A stretch of DNA of 64,000 bases from Phallusia mammillata (taxonomy: Eukaryota): assembly GCA_965637545.1 (NCBI GenBank), contig OZ281499.1, forward strand, positions 4,588,001 through 4,652,000. Direction: 5' to 3'. The notes beneath the pieces were generated by a model. That model ran no database searches and was not told the origin of the DNA. It saw only the letters and a list, made by a program, of their open reading frames with translations. This document shows, piece by piece, positions 1 through 11,804 of the stretch. The position numbers and the translations under genes were made by a program. Each line of letters opens with the position of its first letter. Positions within the stretch are counted from its first letter, which is position 1.

Positions 1-247
1 TCGGTCTTCAAAAATTGTTAAATATAGCATTTTACAATCAAGTGCTTAAATGTATTTAAAAAACAATTAAAATATTGCTTAATATCAAATCGTAGCGGTT
101 GTTGAACGTTGCTATGTTTTTGAACCAAGTGTTGTTTTTGGCCTAAAAACCTACCTAAACACGTTTTTTAGATTCGATAATTTCACGATTCGAATCTCCG
201 CTATGTGTCCCTTTTGTTGGATTTTGACCCGATTATTATATTAACAG

Positions 248-3200
248 GCTGACATTCGTGTTAGTTTGGAAGATCCAACTTATGGCAACATGCCTTACAC
301 CGTTCAATATGGACAATGTGGATCTCCTGGTGAAAACATTCATCTCACAGCTGATTATATAACTGACCCACAGTATACTGACATGTATGGGCCGAAAGGT
401 AATAAATTGAAAAGTGGTGTCAAAGGCTTTCAAATTTACTTGAATAATTGTTGGCAAATTTTAATCATTTGTGGCATCTGTTTTTTGACCAACATCTGCC
501 TTTTTTGTCAGTCCAGTTTAAACGAATCCATTTATCTTTGTTAAGATGTATTTGGGCTAAAGATGCTTTGTTTGCATATTTTAAGGATAGATTTGTCACA
601 ATAACAATAGAAACCTAATAATTGAAACTACTAACATACCCACATTTTTTGAATCCCAATCACTTTCTTTGAACGTCAGACAAAAATATGGTGTAAATAT
701 GTTTTTAGAAGCACATATATTTATTTTTACTGACGCAAGACAGTTTGTTTGCAGACAAAACGCTCATCCACGAGTGGGCGCATTTGAGGTGGGGAATTTT
801 CGATGAGACTCCAACAAGTGGTTACGAAGATTTTTACTACGACGTTAATGGCGTGATACAATACACCAGGTCAGCAATAATATAAGTTAGGTAAAATAAT
901 AAGTTAACATTTTTGTACAACACTTAGGAGTCCATCTACAGTCCTGGGAGAAAACTACGTGGTCGATTTCGAAAGTGGAGAAGTTTCAACTTGTCAGTAT
1001 AAACAAGAAACTAACTGGCTTCCACTGGATGGCTGCATTTTCATTCCATTCGAGAACCAGAAAGATGGAGTTCATTCCTCCATTATGTCCTTTCAATACC
1101 ACAACGATGTAATACCCAATAAACGTTGCTAAAATCCAAAACCTATGATAAAATATAAATCATAAAAGAATACAACGAATTCAATAGTAATACTACAAAT
1201 GGTTTATAGATAAATACAAAATACATGCAAATCAAGGGCTCAAACGTGGTTTTTAGATTTTCACATTTGACCACGACGACGAGTCAGACCCGCAGAACTT
1301 ACACGACAAGGATGCTCCCAATGAACACAACTTGCTCTGCAACCAGCGAAGCGAGTGGGATGTGATTTCATCATCTGAAGATTTCGCTGGTGACATCAAC
1401 CCTGCAAATGATGCCGTTTTGGACGTCACCCCCCATTTTCAAATAGTGCAACAACCCGACTTTCGGATTGTCCTTGCGTTTGATATTTCCAGTAGTATGA
1501 ACGACCAGGTGAATACTTTTCACTTGCTTTCACATTTTTTTGTAATCGACTACAGATTGCTAAAAAATCAAATAAGAGATGAATACTTAATTTCCAAACT
1601 TTTATGGTTGTATAACCTGTGCTGTAATAAAAATTAAAGAATTTGTGGGACCTAACCTTTCTTCTAACCAAATGGGTATCAACCTCAAAGGATACATTTG
1701 ACATCAAGGGATACATTTGACATGCTTTGTGGGTTTATATAGTTATGAACAAACTTGATCAAAAATAAAATTAGGCTGTTAAACACACTTTAGGGGAATT
1801 GTTAATGTGTTTGATAACTTTGGAGGCACATGAAATGGCCATGCTTTAGTTACTTAAGCTGATAAACCTTTTGATTGGCAACGTTTAACAGAAGATCCAT
1901 TCGACTATACACCACAATATATTCGAATTGGCCGAGATATGATTTACGGTGTCTCTATATTTTCAGCAACAATACTTCAATATGAAAAATGCAGCTAGTA
2001 CCTTCGTAAGGGAATTCGTACCTGACGATTCAATCATTGGTCTGGTTCAGTTCGAAATCGAAGGGAGCACGTTAAGTGAAATGACTTGGATTGACAGCGA
2101 CCAAGACCGAGCAGATTTGGTGGCAAATTTTCCGACAGGAACAAAGAGCAAAACTTGTATTGGTTGCGGGTTGCTGCAGGCCCTGGAGGTTGGAATTTTT
2201 TTTATTATTATTGGTTTAATGAAAATCAAATTGTTGTGAAATCATAAAATCATTTATAAAGGTGTTTCTTTCTTTCTCCTTTTTATTGGGAAATATGCTG
2301 CAAAACGCCATATATATTTGTTTTTGACTTCTTGCATTATTCACTTGACAGATTTTGGCTCCAACCAACAAATCAACAAAATAGAATCTTATTTCCCAAG
2401 GCCAAGCATTATTTCAAGGCTGAATTTTTTTTTTGAGTAGGTTCTGAATAATTTTGACGACCCAGCGGGAGGACAGATTATTATTTTAACGGATGGCAGT
2501 GAAAATACAGCTCCTTTTGTGAAGGATGTCAGTGAAGATATTCGAAATGCGGTTTGTACAAGCACATCCACTAAATCGCAGCGCATATTTCAATCAAAAC
2601 TGTTTTTTTATAAGAATGTCATGGTGAATGCTTTGATGTATGGTGAAGCTGCAAATTCCGACCTGGAACAGTTGGTGCAATACACAGGAGGAGCGATGTA
2701 CTTTGTAAATGCGTCAGATCCTTCTTCAATTCTTTCAGCATTCAAACCATTAGCCGAAACTAACGACGGAAATTTAAACACAAAACTATTTCAAGTATGT
2801 CCAGGGTATTTTGCATAGTTTTTTTTTTATTTTTTTATCAAGTCATGAGCGATTACTTAAATGTTTCCATTACTGGCATTTGGAACAAATTTACTCCATA
2901 ATGATTTTTGAGTGGATCTGCCTAAAATATAGTTGCGAGAAAAGAGTAATGTAAATTGCCCTAGCCATAATAAGGCCTATGTCTTGTCACCAGCTGCACT
3001 AATGAAATATTACAGATCGAAACAGTGTTCACTGTCTGCAGCGTACCTATAAATTTAATTTTTTCAGCAAATTTCGAAACATAAATAAAAAAGACCTTTT
3101 GGGATCTGATTTTACGCTAATAACGTTAGAACAAAAAAAATCACACTCACATAAAGTTATCAAATTTTTGATAATGTCCCATTTCTTTTTAGTTGTTTAG

Positions 3201-6200
3201 CGAAAAATACACGATACCTTCGCATGGGGCGAAGAAAGGTGAAGTCGTGATTGATTCAACCATTGGCGAATCGACGACCTTCTCTTTTGTGTGGTCTGAT
3301 TACTGGATTGCTCCAACTATAACCATCACTGATCCAGTCGGAAACTCGTTTGGAAACAATGATGCTGTTATTGATGTCGACCACAAAACTGTCTTCTTTA
3401 AAATACCAGGCACTGCTATGGTAGGTTGCCAGCAAAAGTTTCAAAACGTGCAACTTGGCAAGTTTGGTTGTGTTTTTATTTTTGCGCAAAGTTGACTTTT
3501 CAATCTTTTAGAGCGGAATATGGAAGTTTACGATTGCAACAGGAACTCATTTCGAAAATGTTGCGGTTGTTGCAACTTCAAAAGCAAGTAGCGGTGATCT
3601 TTTGCCGATCAATGTTAGATCGACCATGACACTGGTTGACGACACAAACGAGAGTCCAACAATCTTTTACTCCAAGGTAAAAATTGCACCCCAACAAAGC
3701 AATCAATTTACCCACTTGGGGCAACATCTTTTGTAGGTGTCAAGAGGTTATGAAGCGATATTGGGAGCAAAAGTTCAGGCGACAATCAACCACCCTGATG
3801 GGACTGTCAGCAACGTGGATTTGTTTGACAACGGTGCAGGTATTTGAATATTAGCATAAATATGTATTTAGTTCTGTGTGCAAGAATCTTTTATGAAAAT
3901 CTGCCACCAATAGCTGGACAGTATATCGGTAGTATATTTTCAGCTCCCGACATACGTGCAAACGATGGTGTCTACAGTCGATATTTCAGTGAATACACTG
4001 CATCTGGAAAGTTTAGCGTACAGGTGATCTATCTTGAAATATTTTGTTTTCCTCAATTTGACAGTTGAAAACCTGATGGTGTTTACAGGTCAAGACTTTG
4101 GGTTTGGGCAAAAATTCGGAAACTCTTTCTGTGAAAACAAAACGTCGTGGATCATCTGCAGCTGTTAACTATGGATATGTAAAGGACGATGGTAAATTAC
4201 TTTCTTTGGGCCCAACAAGCTGCATCTTTGGTTTTTATGCACAAAAGGCCTGCCATTAATCATACTTGATTGGTTTCACTTACGCACTTTTGATTGTAAA
4301 GTTGCTTTTACGATTTTACAGGCAGTGTTGTGTTGAACACAAACCTTCCACAAGAAATTCCACCTCTCACAACAAAAGATATTGAACCATTCCAGAGAGT
4401 TACCACGCTAGGAAGCTTCCACCACGACCAGTAAAACTTTTTTAAAAATATTGGCCAAAAGTTTTGTACCCTTTATACAACTAGTCAGGGTTTGTTGAAC
4501 ACAAATCAATTTGGCAATTCAGGTCAGTAAGCAACTTTTACAACGACGTGGTCCCTCCGAATCGAATCATTGACTTGAAAGCTACACAAGTGGACATGTT
4601 ACATGTAGATCAGGGGATTCAGATCACCTTTACAGCTCCTGGGGACGACAACGCCGTTGGCACAGGTGTGTGATGCAAAGCAACAATCATTAACCAGTTG
4701 CTAGTGATGTAATTTTCTTGTAGAACTTGTTTTAAGCTTGTTTTTTTTGTAATTTTATGATTTTTTGCCCATTAAAGCTACGCAATACGAAATCCGTTAC
4801 ACTTACGGGACGACCAGCAAACTTCTGACTTCATTTGATGACGGTGAACTTGTGACTGACGTCATGGTAACCCAGGGCGATATAGAAGATCCGATGAGGG
4901 CTTACCAGTTCGAGTCACTAGTTATCAAGTTGCCTGATATACCTGCAGTGGAAATGGTCACGTATGTAAACCTTGTATTCTGTCAACGTCTTATGTATAT
5001 CAGTATGCGTTCGTTTAGTAAGTAAACAGCGTAAAACGCCAACAAATATAAGTTCACCTATGATAACATCACTCCAAGCCGGGAGTTAAGTAAACTGTTT
5101 TTAAATCTGAAAAGTTAAGTAAACTGTTTTGCGCTATAGATGAACGTTGTTACAAGCTTGCATGCCATATCTTTAGTTTTATACACTATCTCATCAATAC
5201 TGCTTTTTCCAACTTTACTATTTTCTGTACAATGTTTTTATTCAGCTTGTGTCCATAATGTAAACCAGGGGTTCCCAACCTTTTTGCGCTCTCGTACCAC
5301 TGCCACGCGTACCACTTCTTGCAGAACAACTAATTTGATCGAATCATATTTTATTCAGAAGAATAATATTGGCCTGCTAAAATAACACTAAAGCACCACA
5401 ACGAAATTTAATGAGAGTTTTGTTTACTGTTCACCGATTGGTCGATGCGCGGTGTAAACTTGCAGCGCATCGAAAGTCATTTCCGGGCGCACCTAGTCGG
5501 TTACAAATTTTTGACTTGATGATCATCGTGACGGAAAATATCTGCTCACATTCCTATGCATTACTACGAAGCATATGCTACCTCTTCATACGTAACCGTT
5601 ATTGAACATTTTATCCTGATCTATTTTTAGTTTACAACACTAGCATCATTCAACGCTATTTGTAGCTTTCTATATAAAATAGTAGATGATATCTATCAAG
5701 AGCAATCATTTGAAATAATTAATGCCCACTGTCCCACAGCATTCTACAGCTTTTCAAAGTTATATTTTGAAGATCGTAATGATACGAAACAACAGGAATA
5801 GTTACGTAACAATAAGAAGAAGCTTGGAGAATTTTTTTTGTGAACAAAACCAGATAAACAAAATATAAAGTTGTAAATTCAGGTTTTTGTGAAAAAAACG
5901 GAAGCTACTCGCGTACCACCTGAAAAGCCTTCGCGTACCACTAGTGGTACGCGTACCACAGGTTGGGAACCCCGGATGTAAACAGACTCTTGTTTATTTT
6001 CAGAGTTGGAATCGCAATGCGAGCTATCGACGATGCCGGGAACGCGGCTGATGTCTCAAACGTTGCTGTTCTCAATCTCTTCTTGTCTCCTCCAGCAATC
6101 TCATGCACTGATGATGCAGGAAATCCTGCAAGTTCGTATCCATTCGAAAAGAACGGGGATTGTTTGAGATATTTCCAGGTATCGTGTACTTAACATGATA

Positions 6201-6568
6201 AACCAGTTCTACTTAAAGTGCTATGCCTTGCCTAATAGGCAAACAATAAAATCACAGCAAGTTTTCGTACAATATGACTGACCAAAATGTTTTTACCAAG
6301 TAACTCTATGTCTTAAAGAGGAAGACCAAAATAAAAGGGCAAACACGTGACAGGATTGATGGTCACATTTGCAGAGCTCTTCTGGCAATTGTATTTTTGT
6401 ACCAAAGAGTTTTAATAGTCTTTTGTAAATATATTGCTATATGTTTTACAGTGTGCAAGTGGAGAGTTAAAGACAATGGACTGTGCATATGGTGCTGTGT
6501 TTGATCCTACGTACAATGTCTGTGTTCACCCGTCGTTGGTACCAGACTGTGCAGATGCTATCCGATAG
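248..6568 (+). CDS. CLCA: CLCA family secreted zinc metalloprotease (CLCA_N-vWA-beta-FnIII) with C-terminal chitin-binding type-2 domain, copy 1; multi-exon, 5' exons lie upstream of the window
   Basis: GT-AG exons join in frame: 248-398, 755-869 (HEWAHLRWGIFDE, HExxH at 769-783), 928-1108, 1257-1508 (MIDAS AFDISSSM), 1967-2188, 2441-2551 (ILTDG), 2615-2794, 3193-3420, 3512-3676, 3737-3839, 3944-4023 (DGVYSRYF), 4089-4191, 4322-4430, 4523-4665 (FTAPGDD), 4778-4961, 6004-6178, 6452-6568 (TAG). These motifs are CLCA hallmarks. Confidence 0.93.
5266..5975. mobile_element. hAT-type MITE in a CLCA copy-1 intron
   Basis: TIRs CAGGGGTTCCCAACC / GGTTGGGAACCCCGG; perfect 8-bp TSD ATGTAAAC (5258-5265, 5976-5983); internal CGTACC repeats; the paralogous intron of copy 2 (about 12270-12310) shows the empty site. 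Confidence 0.9.
6104..6568 (+). other. Chitin-binding type-2 (peritrophin-A/CBM14) domain, encoded by the last two coding exons of CLCA copy 1
   Basis: CTDDAGNPASSYPFEKNGDCLRYFQ|CASGELKTMDCAYGAVFDPTYNVCVHPSLVPDC: spacing C-x18-C-x5-C-x9-C-x12-C-x8-C with the typical YP, YF and FDP aromatics. Confidence 0.88.
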
Positions 6569-8021
6569 GTAAGTTTGTTGGTTTAACTTTACACAATGCC
6601 TATAAAATTCAGCACATATGGTTTGCATTGAGTTAATTGTACAAAACCTATATTGCAGCCGCATGTAGTAAAAATGCTGCAAAGTTATACAAAACCATGT
6701 TTTAGCGACAAATTTTTTTAGATTTATTATAATTATATAAAAAAAGATAATTATCAATTATGACGGCAAATGATTTCCTATCATAATTATTCATTGTTTG
6801 TTCTAGAGATTTCGTACAACGATGTTCAAAGCAGAAGACGAAAATGTTATGATTCTGCTATAAAATTACAAGAGTAATGGTGTTTTATAAATTGCAAACT
6901 AATAAAAAAGGTGAAAATATTAACTTTGTAATCCATTGAAAAGGAAGTGTAATAGTCTATTGTAAAAAGTCGCCCATTCGAAAAGCCCATTCGTAACATT
7001 AGAATTCGATTTCTTGGGAAAGTTTACAAACAGGATTGAAAAAAATTTCTGGTTTCAACAAATATTTCAATTCATTCCAATTGGTAGAATAAAAAATGTG
7101 TTTGTCAATCACATCCTTTTGCCACAAACAAAAACATCAGGATAAGACAAGCGCTAAATTTTAAAATTCTTTTGAAGCAACTTGAGATGTGGTAAACTGA
7201 CGCCCCATTTCTTATAAGAAGCGTATGAAAACAAATCACAACCTTCGTTAATTTAAATTGTAGTTTATGACAAACAACAAACTGATTAGGAGTTTGTTTA
7301 TACGAATTTGTGTAATTTTAAACAATACCCAAAGTAGTGTTTCTTCTAAACTCGACAGATTCATAACTTGTAGCATTAACCTTTAAACATGATACCGACA
7401 TAATAATTCATTTCGTTTGAGGCTCAGCTTTATTGCAGACCTTTATTAGATTTTTAGTTTAATAATCTTTCATACCTTTGTGTCGTTAAGTAACCATTTG
7501 ATGACATACCGTTCAAAACCGTCGATCGTGTCGTTATGTCCAAAGATTCTTTAGAATCCGAGAGAATCAAAGATCATACGGATTAGCTATGTAAAGTTAC
7601 GAAAATATGACATGCATATTAATCAATGTTGTAGTATCAGATTAACATTGGACACTGTAATATAAACGCAACGCAACTTAGTTTTCATCTTACTGTCCTC
7701 CTCAGCCTTGTCAAGAAGTTAAAAAAACACGTCTGGAAGTTAAGAATACGACTGCAAATTATGAAGTGTAGTGCAGTGCTAAAGTCAGACCGCAGCGTTT
7801 GCTATACATTTTCAAAACGCATGTATTTGCATTTCTCTGGCAAAAGTCACAGAAATATTATAAAATTCCAAAATTACTGTAAAACGAGTTTTATATCCTG
7901 GTTAGTTTGATACAGCATCGTCTTTCACAATTAAAAGGTATTGAAAAACAGCCAACCCGTTGACATAATCCAGTGCTGTAAAAGCTGATTGCAATTACTT
8001 TTGCTTGCTGCAACATCTCGA

Positions 8022-8344
8022 CTGGCATGTTTGCATTTTGCTTAAAATAATCGTGGGGCTGCTGAAAGTCAACAGTCATTGCGACTGTAAACGAATTGCA
8101 GAGCAAACAGCTGCAGAGCTGCATGAGTAATGCAATTTGCTGTCGTTATAACGAAAAGTATGGAACTGTCTTACGAACTTTATGTACAGTACTAAAGTTT
8201 TTAAACTTTGATGTATGGCAATGACAGCTAAAAGTAAAATTCTGGACAGACAAATGCGCTGTTGAAAAAAGTCAAGATCATTCTTAGATTAGGGTGTGCG
8301 CCCGTACGAGTACATGTACTGGCGACCATGCAACGCCAAAAACG
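8022..8344 (+). repeat. Dispersed repeat of about 320 bp; second copy at 43092-43417
   Basis: Colinear high similarity by eye (e.g. GCTGCTGAAAGTCAACAGTCATTGCGACTGTAAACGAA and GTACTAAAGTTTTTAAACTTTGATGTATGGCAATGACAGCTAAAAGTAAAA are shared); termini and TSD not identified. Confidence 0.8.
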
Positions 8345-11300
8345 AGTTTAGAATTCCTTCTCTTCACTTTCATCTTTCAAGTTATGTATTTTGAAATGTT
8401 CCAGGACACAAGCTAAATGCGTTTTGGGGTTCACACATAAATATTAAAGCAAATGCAGATCAACGTATTCGATTTAAACATCAGCGTAAGCATCGCTATT
8501 TCAATTTAATTACACGCTTTAGTACAACATCATACGTCTCATAATTGTCACGACGCCGCACTATACACATGGTTCCGCTTCCGCCTCTTTCCGCATCGTA
8601 ATTGTGGAAATGTACAGCATCAAGATATGAGTAAACATCGATAATTTATAACTGAAATACAGTAGGTTGAAAAAGTTTAGTATTGCAAATATGATAATAA
8701 TGCACGGTTAGGTTTCTACAAATAGCGTGATGTGATCGAAATTTGCAACGTAGTTTCCTTTTGAAAGTAAATTGGTGGGCAAAACATGCAAATGTTACAC
8801 CACATAAGACATAAACAGTTCGTTTTTACTATTCACTCTTAAACAACGGTAAATAGTCTTTCAGTCAAGTAGGTCACTACGATTGCTTTGTCTAAAGTTT
8901 GCAAATTCAAGCCAGCAACTAACAAACTTCACGTGGTCCAAACTAAACTCAATACTAAATGGCCAAAAGCACAGCAGAAAGAAGCTACAAGGGCATTGTT
9001 ACGTCATAGGAGATTCTGGCATTGTGGTGCAATCACACGACAAGACATGTGACGTTGGTATACGGTTGAGTGATTTACAATGTTGCCTAAAAGATAAACT
9101 CTTATTTCTCTACTCTTAGACATTTTAGGGCTTCTTACCTTCTGTTTTAGATGTTGAAATGGTGTTTGTTGGTGCTGTTATACGCACGAACGAATGGTAT
9201 ATTCCTTATTTTTTTAATCAAGCCCAAAGCTTATGTGATTCTTTCTGCCTGTAAAAACCACGCAAAATGACCGCATATGTAAGTTTCACATACTCGACTC
9301 CACAAACAGTGCACCTCGACAGCTCAAGGCACACGTGATCAAATGTTATCATCCTCATTTTTTTCACCAAACCCAAAGCCTCACTGAAAACATCTGTTTT
9401 GCCTGCAACACCTCGCATAATAACCACACATGTGATTTTTAAAAACTTGACTCAAAAACGTTATACCTGGACAGTAATCTGTCAAACTGGAGGCTTTACA
9501 ACAGTAAATGAACTCCCTGCAACGTTTTTCTGCAAACGATGACATCATTCACGTTAATTACCTCAACCCTGATAGTCCCTTCAGGCAGTTGTTGTGTGGC
9601 AAGGCTGGCCGATAAGGCCGATAATTTAACATCAGATAAGTGTACAGAGCGTTACGATTCGGTTAGACTTCAGGTAAGGTTTCATTTTATAGCTTCACCA
9701 TTAGGACACAAATATATCTATCATCCAATGGGTAGCATCGTAATTCTCAGTCTTGCATTGCGCTATGCGAAATTACAGCGTTCCGTCGTTTACGCATCAG
9801 TGTGACGTCACGCACACGAGACGCATTGCTGTGTGGCGACACCAAGCGACGCAAAACCAACTGAGGACTGCCTAACTGGAAGCCATTGGGTCGGAATAGA
9901 TCAGCTTGGATAATTTGCAGTCGAATTACAGGCGATTCTAAACAAATATTCACTGTGACTATGACAAATACAAGGTGAGGTTTTCTTCCGTTTGGGGTCA
10001 TCAAATCAAACAACCCACTTTTCGTTTTAAGAAAATTGATGCAAGGTATAACATAAACAGTTACTTATTACCAAACACGTTAAACGAACAGTTAATAGTT
10101 TGTGATATTGGCAACACTAGATAACATGTTTAATACCCCAATATCAGTTAGTTAATTACGTTACCATACTTGTACATAATACTGTTTATTTCTGTACATG
10201 ACAAGTTACCTTGTATTTCAGATGTAAGAATGGGTTTAATGCTGTCTTTAAGCACTTCTTTAATTTGCCTGTAAAGTCTACTAATGCCTCTAGCAATTGC
10301 AAATAATGCAACGAATTGATAACAAGCGCTGCTTAGATTTGTATGTTAACTCCATACCATACGTATTTGCTTTAAACTATTGGTTAAGCATTCTGCCTTC
10401 ACAGTGACTTGCTAAACTGTGCCACAACAACTCCAATCTCTTGCAACATTTCTTTGCCGAAAATGCAATCGTCCACGGTAATTGCCTTAGGCGCCGCGTC
10501 TCTGTGCCTGTAGATTTTCAGTTCCTTGGAGCAAGATGTCGGCAAGACTTCTCTCCCCACGGCGCTAAGTAGAAAAGCGTGGGTAGAGCATAATGATTCT
10601 TGAAAGGGCTTGGTTTTACAGCAATATCGGTGCTTATGCAACGAAAAATAAAAGTATCACTTTTTAATCACAGCATACCTGTCTTTTTTCTGTAATGCCA
10701 TTTATTAATTCTGTCGCAATAACAGACTGTGACTACCCAAAGATAACTTCTTGATAAATAATATTAATTAAGTTGTGCAACACAAGCAATGTCATACCCC
10801 AACTTTAGCTCTGCCGGCTCAATTGCCATGTTGATTCCCTATTTCTTGGAAATCATTATAGCAACTAACATACAAATTTAATCACCGTGCTTGCTGAGGT
10901 ACAAAGTATGACCGGTCTGGGTAAATACGCTTTGAAAACGATCGCCAATCGCGTCGAAAGGCACTTATATTTTATTGGATTTGTCTCCTGAAGGGCCTTT
11001 TTTGATTTTGACACATAAACTTGTTGAAAATGATTAATAAATTCAATTTATTTAAAGCCAAAGCATGTTTTTATTCTAATAAGTTACAAAAACTGTCAAA
11101 TTCGTCATTATTATTTAACGAATAGTTAACGTAGAATTTTCTCAATTTTGTTGCTAAGAAAACTCTACGCTGCCTTATTCACAAAATCACAAAGTACACA
11201 ATTTTCACCATAATTTATTATGTTGCAAGTCACAGGTTAAAAAGCTATCAATTAATACTTGAGATTTTCTTGCAGAATCGTAATAGTTTCGTCTTTGTTG

Positions 11301-11563
11301 ATGAATGTCGTTGGCTGGTGGCTCTAGAATAGAACAGCAGTTGTTTTATAGATAGCAAAAAACAATCACCTTCATATTTCTTACTACTGTCACATGTAAA
11401 ACTAATTAGTTTACTTCATTTGCAATGTTTATTGTTTAATTAACTTAAAGTGGAAGTTTGTGTAAGAAGTTTACGACTTTTACAGCATTGGACCGTTGTT
11501 GGTGATGTAAATATCACTTATAAGATATTTGTTTGCATATTGACAACCTTTCAAGCTTTCTTA

Positions 11564-11730
11564 CTAAATAGCATCTGCACAAGATGGCATCAATGATGGG
11601 TGAACACAGACATTGTACGTAGGATCAAACAGGAACTTGGCCAAATGGTCCGGCGCGCCTGACCCATATACAGACATAAAAAACCTGATCGGGATTCGTC
11701 CCCGGGAGAGACCTGGGTTCGAACCCCGTG

Positions 11731-11804
<74 letters not shown>

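Noticed and set aside
1686-1722. Short tandem duplications (GGATACATTTGACAT x2; also AGTTAAGTAAACTGTTTT x2 near 5085-5130)
   Set aside because: Ordinary slippage duplications in introns with no further structure.
4130-4150. Furin site KTKRR near the expected CLCA self-cleavage region
   Set aside because: It lacks the P4 Arg of the canonical R-x-K/R-R site, and CLCAs self-cleave, so the motif alone is not supportable.
10399-10641. Possible transposase or gene fragment between the CLCA genes
   Set aside because: An 80-codon ORF with no recognisable motif, splice context or element ends.
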